Positions 17,852-25,185 of a stretch of 40,366 nt of DNA are shown piece after piece (the first letter of the stretch is position 1; every line of letters begins with the position of its first letter). Source of the DNA: a bacterium (GTDB lineage: Bacteria; Pseudomonadota; Gammaproteobacteria; Arenicellales; Poriferihabitantaceae); assembly GCA_051008875.1 (NCBI GenBank), contig JBPCXC010000144.1, positions 1 through 40,366 on the forward strand, read 5' to 3'. The notes under the pieces are model-generated. The model was not told the origin of the DNA, ran no database searches, and saw only the letters and a list, made by a program, of their open reading frames with translations. Both the position numbers and the translations under genes were made by a program.

Positions 17852-18804
17852 CGATGAACGCCGCGCCCGAGTCCGCGCCGTCGAGTCGTCCGCAGTCGGC
17901 GTGGTCGCGGATTGCGGATAGCGACTTGTGGTGGGACTTCAAGCGTTCGCCGAGCGTGATCGTCGCCGCCGCGATTACCGTGTTGATGATTCTTTCGTCG
18001 CTGTTCGCGCCGTATGTCGCGCCGCATGATCCGTTCGACATGAGCGGCATCGACTTGCTCGACGCGCTCAAGCCGCCGGCGTGGTCGCGCGGCGGCGAGA
18101 TCGGTTACTTGCTCGGCACCGACGACCAAGGACGCGACGTCTTATCAACGATTCTGCACGGCAGTCGCGTGTCGTTGTTGGTCGGATTCCTGTCGGTGCT
18201 GATGGCGATGATCATCGGCGTCGCGGTCGGGCTGATCGCCGGATACGCCGGCGGCTGGATCGACTCGGTGCTGATGCGCATCGCCGACGTGCAGTTGTCG
18301 TTCCCGGCGATCCTGGTCGCGCTGCTGATCGACGGCGTCGCGCGCGGACTGCTGCCGCGCGGCGCGCACGAGGAGGTCGCGGTGATCGTCTTGATCGTCG
18401 CCATCGGCTTGAGTTTCTGGGTGCAGTTCGCGCGCACCGTGCGCGGCTCGACCATGGTCGAGCGCACCAAGGAATACGTGCAGTCGGCGCAAGTCATCGG
18501 CCTGCCCGACGCGCTGATCTTGACGCGCCACATCCTGCCGAACGTGATGGGTCCGGTGCTGGTCATCGCCACCATCCAACTCGCGCTCGCCATCATCATC
18601 GAAGCCACGCTGAGTTTCCTCGGCGTCGGCGTGCCGCCGACCTCGCCGTCGCTCGGCACGTTGATTCGCATCGGCAACGACTATCTGTTCTCCGGCGAAT
18701 GGTGGATCACCGCGTTCCCCGGACTGGCGTTGATCATCTTGGTTCTCGCGGTCAACTTGCTCGGCGACTGGCTGCGCGACGCGCTCAATCCGAAGTTGCG
18801 TTGA
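17848..18804 (+). CDS. ABC transporter permease (DppC/OppC-like)
   Basis: 318 aa. ATGA overlap with the preceding permease. Motifs LGTDDQGRDVLS and YVQSAQVIGLPD are typical of the family. Confidence 0.85.
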   Translation: MTMNAAPESAPSSRPQSAWSRIADSDLWWDFKRSPSVIVAAAITVLMILSSLFAPYVAPHDPFDMSGIDLLDALKPPAWSRGGEIGYLLGTDDQGRDVLSTILHGSRVSLLVGFLSVLMAMIIGVAVGLIAGYAGGWIDSVLMRIADVQLSFPAILVALLIDGVARGLLPRGAHEEVAVIVLIVAIGLSFWVQFARTVRGSTMVERTKEYVQSAQVIGLPDALILTRHILPNVMGPVLVIATIQLALAIIIEATLSFLGVGVPPTSPSLGTLIRIGNDYLFSGEWWITAFPGLALIILVLAVNLLGDWLRDALNPKLR

Positions 18805-18806
18805 CG

Positions 18807-20618
18807 ATGATGATGATGACGAAAGCGGAAACGAAAACGGAAACGGAGTCGCGCGCGTCGTCGTCGGCGCCGTCGCAAACGTTGCTCGACATCCGCGCGA
18901 TGCGGGTCGAGTTCCCCAGCCGCCGCGGCGTCGTCGTCGCCGCCGACGGCGTCACGCTGCGCTTGGAACAAGGCGAGATCCTCGGCGTGGTCGGCGAGTC
19001 CGGCGCCGGCAAGTCCACCATCGCCAACGCCGTCATCGGCCTGCTCGACCCGCCCGGTCGACTCGCCGCCGGCGAGATCCGCCTGCGCGGCGCGCGCATC
19101 GACAACCTCGGACTGGCCGCGCTGCGCAAGATTCGCGGGCGGCGCATCGGCATGATCTTCCAAGACCCGCTGACTTCGCTCGACCCGCTGAAGACCATCG
19201 AGGATCAGTTGACCGAGACCATCGTCATGCATCTCGCTCTGTCCGAGTCGGCCGCGGCGGCGCGCGCGGTGGCGTTGCTCGACAGCGTCGGCATCGCCGA
19301 TGCGGCGACGCGCATCAAGCAGTATCCGCACCAGTTCTCCGGCGGCATGCGCCAGCGCGTGGTCATCGCGCTGAGTTTGTGCGCCGAGCCGGAGGTGCTG
19401 CTGGCGGACGAGCCGACCACCGCGCTCGATGTTTCGATCCAGTCGCAGATTCTCGACCTGATGCGGACGATGGTGCGCGAGCGCGGGCTCGGCATGATCC
19501 TGATCACCCACGACATGGGCGTGATCGCGCAGATCGCCGACCGCGTCGCGGTGATGTATCGCGGCGAAGTTGTCGAGACCGGCGCCGCGGCGAAAGTGCT
19601 CGGCGATCCGGATCATCCCTATACCCGCAGTTTGATCTCGGCGGTGCCGCGGGTCGATCGCAAGACCGAGCGTTTTCCATTGGTCGAGTACATCGAAGCC
19701 GCCGCGCCACCGCGTAAGTTAGACATCCGCAATCACTATCTCGGACAAAGCCGAAGTTTCGATGATGACGACGACGACAACGACGACGACGACAACACCA
19801 TCGTCGCGGTCGAAAACTTGCGACTGCGATTCGCCACCGCCGCGTCGCTGTTCAAGTCCAAGCGGCGTTATGTTGATGCGGTCGACGACGTGTCGTTCGA
19901 CATCCGCCGCGGCGAGGTGTTCGGCTTGGTCGGCGAATCGGGCTCGGGCAAGTCAACCGTGGCGCGGCTGATCTGCGGCATCCACGCGCCGCTGTCGGGA
20001 CGCATCCGCATCAACGGCAACGCCCTCGACGCGCGCGGTCCGCGCAAGGCGCTCAACCGACTGCGCCGGCAGATGCAGATGGTGTTCCAGGATCCGTTCT
20101 CGTCGCTCAACGGCCGCATGCGCGTGTTCGACATCGTCGCCGAGCCGATCCGCTTCCACCGACTCGCGCGCGCCGCGAGCATCCACGGCATCGTGCTCGA
20201 TCTGCTCGACTACGTCGGCCTCGGCGCGCGCGCCGCGCACAAGTTCCCGCACGAGTTCTCCGGCGGCCAGCGCCAGCGCATCTCGATCGCCCGCGCGCTC
20301 GCCACGCGCCCGCGATTCCTGATCTGCGACGAGCCGACCTCGGCGTTGGACGTCTCCATCCAAGCGCAGATTCTGAATCTGCTCAAGGACTTGCAGCACG
20401 AACTCGGGCTGAGCATGCTGTTCATCAGCCACGACCTGCCGGTCATCCGCCAGATGTGCGACCGCGTCGGCGTGATGAAGTCCGGGCGGCTGTGCGAACT
20501 GCGCGAGACCGAGGCGCTGTTCACCGAACCGCGGCACGAATACACCCGCCACCTGCTCGAATTGATGCCGCGTTTCGATATACTCTCCGCGCGAAAACCA
20601 AGCGGAGATACGCCATGA
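18807..20618 (+). CDS. fused double ATPase subunit of the peptide-type ABC transporter (DppD-DppF-like)
   Basis: Two full nucleotide-binding domains: GESGAGKST / FSGGMRQR / LLADEPTTALD and GESGSGKST / FSGGQRQR / LICDEPTSALD. The start is in the ATG run at 18807-18818; the ORF upstream of that overlaps the permease and is Arg-rich noise. Confidence 0.85.
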   Translation: MMMMTKAETKTETESRASSSAPSQTLLDIRAMRVEFPSRRGVVVAADGVTLRLEQGEILGVVGESGAGKSTIANAVIGLLDPPGRLAAGEIRLRGARIDNLGLAALRKIRGRRIGMIFQDPLTSLDPLKTIEDQLTETIVMHLALSESAAAARAVALLDSVGIADAATRIKQYPHQFSGGMRQRVVIALSLCAEPEVLLADEPTTALDVSIQSQILDLMRTMVRERGLGMILITHDMGVIAQIADRVAVMYRGEVVETGAAAKVLGDPDHPYTRSLISAVPRVDRKTERFPLVEYIEAAAPPRKLDIRNHYLGQSRSFDDDDDDNDDDDNTIVAVENLRLRFATAASLFKSKRRYVDAVDDVSFDIRRGEVFGLVGESGSGKSTVARLICGIHAPLSGRIRINGNALDARGPRKALNRLRRQMQMVFQDPFSSLNGRMRVFDIVAEPIRFHRLARAASIHGIVLDLLDYVGLGARAAHKFPHEFSGGQRQRISIARALATRPRFLICDEPTSALDVSIQAQILNLLKDLQHELGLSMLFISHDLPVIRQMCDRVGVMKSGRLCELRETEALFTEPRHEYTRHLLELMPRFDILSARKPSGDTP

Positions 20619-21796
20619 CCACACTGTTCGCCGGCGGCGCGTTGTTCGACGGCAAAGGCGCGATGCTCGACGGCATGGCGATGCTGGTCGAGGACGGCCG
20701 CATCGCGCGCCTCGCGCCGAAGGATGAGTTCGACGGCTACGCCGGCGCGGTGGTCGACACCGCCGGCGCCACCGTGCTGCCGGGGCTGACCGACTGCCAC
20801 GTGCATCTTTGCTATCAAGGCAGCGCCGACCCGGTGGCGACGTTGTCGAAGCAGTCCGACGCCGACATCGCCGTCATCGCGTTGCGCAACGCGCAGCATT
20901 CATTGCGCCGCGGCATCACCGGCCTGCGCGACTGCGGCGGCAAGAACTATCTCGAGTTCGCCGCGCGCGACGCCATCCGCAAAGGCTTGTTCGTCGGTCC
21001 GACGATCCACGCCGCGGGAAGGATGATCTGCATGACCGGCGGGCACGGCAACCAGCACGGCCGCGTCGCCGACGGCCGCGACGAGGTGGTCAAGGCGGTG
21101 CGCGAGCAGATCCACGCCAACTGCGACTTGATCAAGATCATGGCGACCGGCGGCGTGATGACTCCCGGCGTCAATCCCGAGGACGCGCATTACAGCGCCG
21201 AGGAAATCGCCGCCGGCATCGCCGAGTCGCGCCGCTTCGGCAAGCGCAGCGCGAGCCACGCGCAAGGCACCGAAGGCATCTTGAACGCCGTGCGCGGCGG
21301 CATCGACTCGATCGAGCACGGCATCTTCATGGACGACGACTGCGTGCGCGAGATGATCGCCGGCGGCATCTATCTGGTGCCGACCATCTCGGCGATCCAG
21401 AACATCCTGCGCCACGCCGACGCCGGCATCCCCGACTACGTGGTCGCCAAGACGCGCCGCGTCGAGCAAGTGCATCGCGACTCGCTGCGCGCCTATTACC
21501 AAGCCGGCGGCAAGATCGCGATGGGCACCGACGCCGGCACGCCGTTCAACCTGCACGGCGACAACGCGCGCGAACTCGCCTACATGGTGGACTACGGCAT
21601 GTCGGCGCAAGACGCGCTGGCGGCGGCGTGCTTCGGCGGCGCCGACTTGATGGGCGACGGCGGCCGCGGCGTGCTCGCCGAAGGCGCGGCGGCGGACTTG
21701 CTCGTGGTCAACGCCGACCCGCTCGCCGACATCGCCATGGCCGCCGACCGCGCCAACCACCGCGCGGTGTACAAGGACGGCGTGCTGGTCGAATAA
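20615..21796 (+). CDS. metal-dependent amidohydrolase (Amidohydro_1 family)
   Basis: About 393 aa. GLTDCHVHL metal-binding motif, then later SASHAQG and DSIEHG. ATGA overlap with the ATPase stop. The start MTTLFAGGALFDG is typical of the family. Confidence 0.8.
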   Translation: MTTLFAGGALFDGKGAMLDGMAMLVEDGRIARLAPKDEFDGYAGAVVDTAGATVLPGLTDCHVHLCYQGSADPVATLSKQSDADIAVIALRNAQHSLRRGITGLRDCGGKNYLEFAARDAIRKGLFVGPTIHAAGRMICMTGGHGNQHGRVADGRDEVVKAVREQIHANCDLIKIMATGGVMTPGVNPEDAHYSAEEIAAGIAESRRFGKRSASHAQGTEGILNAVRGGIDSIEHGIFMDDDCVREMIAGGIYLVPTISAIQNILRHADAGIPDYVVAKTRRVEQVHRDSLRAYYQAGGKIAMGTDAGTPFNLHGDNARELAYMVDYGMSAQDALAAACFGGADLMGDGGRGVLAEGAAADLLVVNADPLADIAMAADRANHRAVYKDGVLVE

Positions 21797-21835
21797 GGAC
21801 TACGCATCCGCGCACGCACCGCCCTCGCCGCCATT

Positions 21836-22228
21836 GCGCGCATCATCCCGATACGCGCCCTGCGGACTTAGCTAACGCTCGCAAAAAAACGCTCCGAGCG
21901 TTTTTCCCGCAACAATCTCCCTCCGCCGTCTTTGCGCGTATCATCTTGATGCGCGCCCTTCGGGCTTTGCTTGCGCTCGCGAAAAACGCTCCGTGCGTTT
22001 TTTTGCGCGTATCGTCCCTGATACTCGCCCTTCGGGCTCGCTTGCGCTCGCGAAAAAACGCTCCCGGCGTTTTTTTCCCGCAACAATCTTCCCCCTTCCG
22101 TCTTTGCGCGTATCATCCTGATACTTGCCCTTCGGGCTCGCTACCGCTCGCGAAAAAACGCTCCCGGCGTTTTTTTCCCGTAAAAACCTCCCCCCGCCGT
22201 CATTCCCGCAGTCTTTAAGCGGGAATCC
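21836..22228 (+). repeat. four head-to-tail copies (about 98, 71, 101 and 123 nt) of a mosaic REP-like unit
   Basis: Units start at 21836, 21934, 22005 and 22106 with GCGCG(T/C)ATC-N5/6-GATAC. They continue with GCCCTTCGGGC, CGCTCGCGAAAAAACGCTCCCGGCGTTTTTTTCCCG and an optional CAACAATCT..CCGTCTTT tail. Confidence 0.8.
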
Positions 22229-22376
22229 ACACTCGCGCAAGCGAGTGAGGCAGCCCGAAGGCTTGCTTGCTTTTGATGCGGGCGGGATCGCGTGGTTTGT
22301 TCGCACCACCGCGCCAGTTCGAACATTGCCATCCATGGCGACTGGATTCCCCGCATCCTAAGCGGGAATGACGGCG
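22195..22376. repeat. 182-bp MITE-like element bounded by inverted copies of a CGCCGTCATTCCCGC-N9-GCGGGAATCC module
   Basis: 22195-22228 and the reverse complement of 22344-22376 share a perfect outer 15-mer CGCCGTCATTCCCGC and the inner GCGGG(G)AATCC arm. Each arm is itself a hairpin. Confidence 0.6.
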
Positions 22377-22449
22377 AAAAGTGGCTCGCTTCGTTCGCGT
22401 AATAACGGCGCGTAAGCCACGCGCAAGTTTCGCGTCGAAGAGTTTCGCG

Positions 22450-23646
22450 TCAAGTCGTCAGCGCGCGTTGCAGCGCGGCGCGGGCGTGGTGGGATTGCAG
22501 CGCGAGTTCGATCAGGCGGTCGATCAACGCGTCGTACCGCACGCCGCTGGCCGCCCACAGCCGCGGATACATGCTGATCGGGGTGAAGCCGGGCAGGGTG
22601 TTGATTTCGTTCAAGGTGACCGCGAAGGTCTCGCGGTGGACGAAGAAGTCGACGCGCGCGAGGCCGGCGCCGTCGATCTCGGCGAAGGCGCGCAGCGCGA
22701 GTTCGCGCACGCGCTCGGCGACCGCGGCGGGCAGGTCGGCGGGCACGATCAACTCGGATTTGTCGTCGATGTACTTGGTGGCGTAGTCGTAGAACTCGGC
22801 GCCGGGAATGATCTCGCCGACCACCGACGCGCGCACGCCGTCGTTCGCATCGCCTTGCGCGTCGCTTCGCGCGCCGTCGTTCGCGTCGCTTTGCGACAGC
22901 GCGTTGCCGAGCACCGCGCATTCGATTTCGCGGCAGTTCTCCATCGCCTGCTCGATCACGATCTTGTTGTCGAAGCGCAGCGCGTGGTTGATCGCATCGG
23001 CGAGTTCGTCTTCGCCGCCGACCTTGCCGACGCCGACGCTGGAGCCGGAGTTGGCCGGCTTGACGAACAACGGATAGGCGATTTCGCGCGCGGCGCGGGC
23101 GATCACTGCTTGCGGCTGCGCGCGCCATTGCGCGGCGGTGACTTCGATGTGCGCGGCTTGCGGGATGCCGGCGGCGGCGAAGATTTTCTTGGCGAGGATC
23201 TTGTCCATCGCCACCGCCGAGGCGGCGACGCCGCAGCCGACATACGGGATGCCGGCCATCTCGAACACGCCTTGGATCGCGCCGTCCTCGCCGAAGGTGC
23301 CGTGCAGCGCCGGGAAGACGACGTCGATCTTCGGCAGCGTCGCGCGCGTCGTTTTCGGTGGCGTTGCCGTCGTCGCCGGTGCGAGGTTGCCGTGCGCGTG
23401 CAGGTCGAGGGTGATGCACTCGGTTGCGGTGTTGGCGTCGTCGCCGATGGACTTCACGCCGCCGTCGGCGATCAAGCGGTCGAAACTCTCGGCGAGATGC
23501 CAGTGGCCGAGTTTGTCGATGCCGATCAGACTGACGTTGTATTTTTCGCGATCGATCGCGTTGAGGATCGAGCGCGCCGAGGTCACCGAGACTTCGTGCT
23601 CGCACGATCGCCCGCCGAACAGCAAGGCGAGGTTGGTTTTTTTCAT
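22450..23646 (-). CDS. ddl: D-alanine--D-alanine ligase
   Basis: 398 aa. LLFGGRSCEHEVSVTSA, ALHGTFGEDGAIQG, PLFVKPANSGSSVG and LARVDFF...LNEINTLPGFT are classic Ddl motifs. The ATG lies 6 nt after the nuoN stop. Confidence 0.9.
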   Translation of the reverse strand: MKKTNLALLFGGRSCEHEVSVTSARSILNAIDREKYNVSLIGIDKLGHWHLAESFDRLIADGGVKSIGDDANTATECITLDLHAHGNLAPATTATPPKTTRATLPKIDVVFPALHGTFGEDGAIQGVFEMAGIPYVGCGVAASAVAMDKILAKKIFAAAGIPQAAHIEVTAAQWRAQPQAVIARAAREIAYPLFVKPANSGSSVGVGKVGGEDELADAINHALRFDNKIVIEQAMENCREIECAVLGNALSQSDANDGARSDAQGDANDGVRASVVGEIIPGAEFYDYATKYIDDKSELIVPADLPAAVAERVRELALRAFAEIDGAGLARVDFFVHRETFAVTLNEINTLPGFTPISMYPRLWAASGVRYDALIDRLIELALQSHHARAALQRALTT

Positions 23647-23652
23647 CGCGCG

Positions 23653-25170
23653 CTAGACCGCGAAGCGGCGGATGACTTCGCCGCACAGCGCGATCAGGCC
23701 GTTGATCCACGGCAGGATGGCGATGATCGCGAGCGCGTTGAGCGACAGCAGCAGCCGCGCGTCGAGCGCCGCGACCCATCCGCGCGCGGCGACGGCGTCG
23801 TCTTGCGTCGCGCGGTCGTCTTGCGCCGCGTCGTCGTCGGGCGAGTCGAAGTACATCAACTTGATCACGCGCAAGTAGTAGAACGCGCCGATCACCGCGA
23901 GCAGCACCGCGATCACCGCGGCCCACGCCAACCCTGCGTCGATCAAAGATTGAATGACCGCGAGTTTGGCGAAGAAGCCGGCGGTCGGCGGGATGCCGGC
24001 CATCGACAGCATCAAGATCAGCAGCGCGAGCGCGCTCCACGGGCGGCGTGCGCTCAGTCCTTTGAGGTCTTCTAAGCGATCGGACTCATGCGCGCGCTCG
24101 GCGAGGCAGAGGATCGCGCCGAATGCGCCGAGGCTCATGACCGCGTAGATCAGCACATAGAACAGCGCGGCGCTGTAGCCGCCCGCGCCGCCGGCGGCCA
24201 TCGCGAACAAGAAGAAGCCGATGTGCGAGATGCTTGAATACGCCAGCATGCGCTTCAAGTTGCTCTGCGCGATGGCGATGATGTTGCCGCAGGCGACCGA
24301 TAGAATCGCGAGCAGCAGCAGCATCTGCTGCCACATGCCGAACAGGTCGTCGAGTCCGCCGACCAGCAGGCGCATCATCAGCGCGAACGCGGCGACCTTC
24401 GGCGCGGCGCCGATGAACGCGGTGGTCGAGGTCGGCGCGCCGTGATACACGTCCGGCACCCACATGTGGAACGGCACCGCGCCGAGTTTGAACGCCGCCG
24501 CGGCGACCACGAACACCACCGCCAGCGCGACCGCCGGACTGTCGCGCTCGGCGCCGACCGCGGCGGCGATGGCGGACAACTCGAGCGAGCCGGACAAGCC
24601 GTACAGCAGCGACATGCCGTACAACAGCATGCTCGACGCCAGCGCGCCGAGGATGAAGTACTTCATCGCCGCCTCGGCGGCGAGTCGGTCGTCGCGGTAA
24701 TACGCGATCATCGCGTACAAGCACAGCGACATCAGTTCGAGTCCGAGGTATAGCGTGAGCAGATGGTTGGCCGAGATCATCACCATCATGCCGACCACCG
24801 CGAACAAGCCGAGCACGTAGTACTCGTTGGTGAAGATGCCGCGGTCTTGGTTGTATCTTCGGCCGTAGGCGAACGCGCCGGCGGACAGCAGGCAGACCGC
24901 GATCTTCAGCAGCCGCGACATCGGGTCGTTGATGAACAGGTTGTTGAACGCGCGCGTGGTGTCGGCGCCGAAGGTGGCGATCAGCAGCAGCGCGGTCAGC
25001 AGCAGCGCGGCGATGCCGAGTGCGTGGCCGGGCGCGTTGGCGCGCTGGTCGCCGCGTTCGTCATTGCGTTGGCGGCGATAGACGCCGACCAGCAGGATCG
25101 CGCAAGTGGCGGCGGCGAGGCATATCTCCGGCAGCGCGGCGGCGGTCTTGAGCGAGGCGAAGGTGATCAT
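23653..25170 (-). CDS. nuoN: NADH-quinone oxidoreductase subunit N
   Basis: 505-aa antiporter-like membrane protein in the last position of a nuoA-N series (..SISHIGFFLF.., ..PFHMWVPDVY..). Confidence 0.9.
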   Translation of the reverse strand: MITFASLKTAAALPEICLAAATCAILLVGVYRRQRNDERGDQRANAPGHALGIAALLLTALLLIATFGADTTRAFNNLFINDPMSRLLKIAVCLLSAGAFAYGRRYNQDRGIFTNEYYVLGLFAVVGMMVMISANHLLTLYLGLELMSLCLYAMIAYYRDDRLAAEAAMKYFILGALASSMLLYGMSLLYGLSGSLELSAIAAAVGAERDSPAVALAVVFVVAAAAFKLGAVPFHMWVPDVYHGAPTSTTAFIGAAPKVAAFALMMRLLVGGLDDLFGMWQQMLLLLAILSVACGNIIAIAQSNLKRMLAYSSISHIGFFLFAMAAGGAGGYSAALFYVLIYAVMSLGAFGAILCLAERAHESDRLEDLKGLSARRPWSALALLILMLSMAGIPPTAGFFAKLAVIQSLIDAGLAWAAVIAVLLAVIGAFYYLRVIKLMYFDSPDDDAAQDDRATQDDAVAARGWVAALDARLLLSLNALAIIAILPWINGLIALCGEVIRRFAV

Positions 25171-25185
25171 GATGACGGCTTCGAT

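Noticed and set aside
18081-18806. 242-codon N-terminal extension of the ABC ATPase ORF
   Set aside because: It overlaps the second permease gene in another frame and is Arg-rich. The real protein starts at the ATG run at 18807, where the ABC ATPase similarity begins.
22151-22180. The A6CGC-TCCCG-GCGT7 palindromes in each repeat unit considered as bidirectional intrinsic terminators
   Set aside because: The stem has only three G:C pairs, and the A/T runs are themselves part of the stem. That is too weak to call a terminator from sequence alone, although a role in mRNA 3'-end formation cannot be excluded.
20809-22218. 469-aa plus-strand ORF running through the amidohydrolase gene into the repeat array
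   Set aside because: It is an off-frame translation (poly-Arg), and its C-terminal part is only the translated REP units (..FFPQQSPSAVFARIIL..).
21836-22376. Tandem repeats considered as a CRISPR array
   Set aside because: The units are about 70-120 nt, abut each other without unique spacers, and are degenerate and modular. No cas genes are present.
22377-22420. GTGGCT...AGCCAC hairpin followed by TTTT (minus strand) just downstream of ddl as a terminator
   Set aside because: The stem is only 6 bp with a 28-nt poorly paired loop and a 4-nt U tract, which is not convincing.
22358-24075. Two ORFs of about 560 aa (22358-24040 minus, 22381-24075 plus) overlapping ddl and nuoN
   Set aside because: Their translations are Arg/Ala/Gly/Asp-rich with no recognisable motifs, which is typical of off-frame ORFs in ~70% GC DNA. 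The same DNA encodes textbook Ddl and NuoN in other frames.
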